Source of the DNA: an uncultured Bacteroidales bacterium
GTDB lineage: Bacteria; Bacteroidota; Bacteroidia; Bacteroidales; UBA3824
Direction: 5' to 3'
Assembly (NCBI GenBank): GCA_905234655.1
Contig: CAJOJG010000008.1
Span: 2,205-66,204 of the forward strand
Length of the DNA: 64,000 nucleotides
Shown in pieces: positions 63,127-64,000 of this stretch. The notes under the pieces were generated by a model. The model was not told where the DNA came from. It searched no databases and saw nothing but the letters and a program-made list of their open reading frames with translations. A program made the position numbers and the translations under genes. The first letter of the stretch is position 1. The number at the start of each line of letters is the position of its first letter.

Positions 63127-63999
63127 TTATTTCCACGCCTCTTGCCATGTGGGATGTGAGAAGAGTTTGCCGTCCCAATAGTTGGTTTGTTGATGGCAAC
63201 TGGACCATTCTCCATCCAAGCCTGAGTATGCTGCTTTCACAATGTCAGGAAATTCTGGGTCTTCATCTGCGCCTACATTTACATATGCATCAAGCTGACT
63301 TACGAGGGTGAGGGTGTGTCCGTCAACGGTTTTGGTCGAGTAGCCATGTACGCCACGGTCATATACCGCCGTAACGCGGAACATCAGCACCGGCTCCTGC
63401 CACATATCGGTCGGGTGTTGGTCAGTGTCCCACTTGTTCCACTTGTCGTAGTCGTAGAAATAGTTGGAAATAGTAGTCGCCTGTTTGTCGGGTTTTGAGC
63501 GGAATTTGCGGGTGTTTCCGTTAACGTACCCTTTATATAGCGGCTGATTCGAGTAGAAGTCGGGGGCGTAGGCCTCTACTTTCTGTTCTTGGGCGACATC
63601 TTGCAGATAGATTGGGGCAGTGCTGTATTGTGTCTCCGTGTATGCCTCCGATTTCACGTCGGGTTCGGTTACATAATGCTGCCAATAATATACCGGCGGC
63701 TCTGCATTGCTTAAGTCGATGGGAAACAAGTAACGCAAGAGGGGTTGTCCGTTTGAGGTGGAATTCTTGTCGGGGTCGGAATATGCTATTGTAGCAAGGC
63801 TCGTGGGGTTGCGAGAATCTTTGCTCTTAGCTACTACCGTTTGGTACAATGTGGTGAGGTCCACTCCGGTATGCTCGAAGATATGGGCGGCTATCTTACT
63901 AAAATAACCTCGTCCGTTTAATCCCGCAGCTGAGGTATTCTCCCATATATTGTGGAGGAAAAGATTTGCCCTGACTGTCTGTTGGAGGGTGCCGAGGTT
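63127..63999 (-). CDS. Uncharacterised protein, 3' part only (5' end beyond window); probably another member of the lipoprotein cluster
   Basis: The frame of ORF 63127-63864 remains open to the window edge (NLGTLQQTVRANLFLHNIW...); same strand as the cluster. Confidence 0.7.
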   Translation of the reverse strand, partial: NLGTLQQTVRANLFLHNIWENTSAAGLNGRGYFSKIAAHIFEHTGVDLTTLYQTVVAKSKDSRNPTSLATIAYSDPDKNSTSNGQPLLRYLFPIDLSNAEPPVYYWQHYVTEPDVKSEAYTETQYSTAPIYLQDVAQEQKVEAYAPDFYSNQPLYKGYVNGNTRKFRSKPDKQATTISNYFYDYDKWNKWDTDQHPTDMWQEPVLMFRVTAVYDRGVHGYSTKTVDGHTLTLVSQLDAYVNVGADEDPEFPDIVKAAYSGLDGEWSSCHQQTNYWDGKLFSHPTWQEAWK

Positions 64000-64000
64000 G

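Overview
64-kb chromosomal segment of a Bacteroidota bacterium, probably Bacteroidales-like. Support: TAnnTTTG -7 promoter boxes upstream of many genes, type-B L31, GSIII, a PorQ-like T9SS component and DUF6089-like barrels. Positions 1-50157 are mostly housekeeping genes: lon (partial), a GlmU-like protein, rpmE2, GSIII, upp, miaA, maeB, rpmH, a PpiD/SurA-like chaperone, hydrolase-murF, a GH32-MFS-PfkB fructan operon, hisB, gltBD-asnB, nadK, siaBC, sbcCD and dxs. Between them lie decayed accessory patches: an internally deleted Tat flavoprotein, an orphan antitoxin, a collapsed nitrogenase-like operon, an AAA stub and an Rpn/helicase chimera. Several periodic palindromic intergenic elements also occur. 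The most notable region is 50161-64000, a tightly packed minus-strand cluster of at least 8 genes, of which the 7 complete ones encode surface-type lipoproteins. It encodes three different MACPF (perforin-like) proteins, two paralogous uncharacterised lipoproteins, a BMP-like lipoprotein and a solute-binding-domain/C13 legumain-like protease. Five of the lipoproteins carry an Asn-small-residue site at the boundary between their membrane-tethered N-terminal module and the downstream domain. This suggests, as an inference, a self-contained, asparaginyl-protease-processed, multi-component pore-forming system. No rRNA, tRNA, CRISPR array, integrase or intact transposase was recognised. All family assignments come from motif recognition by eye, not database searches.
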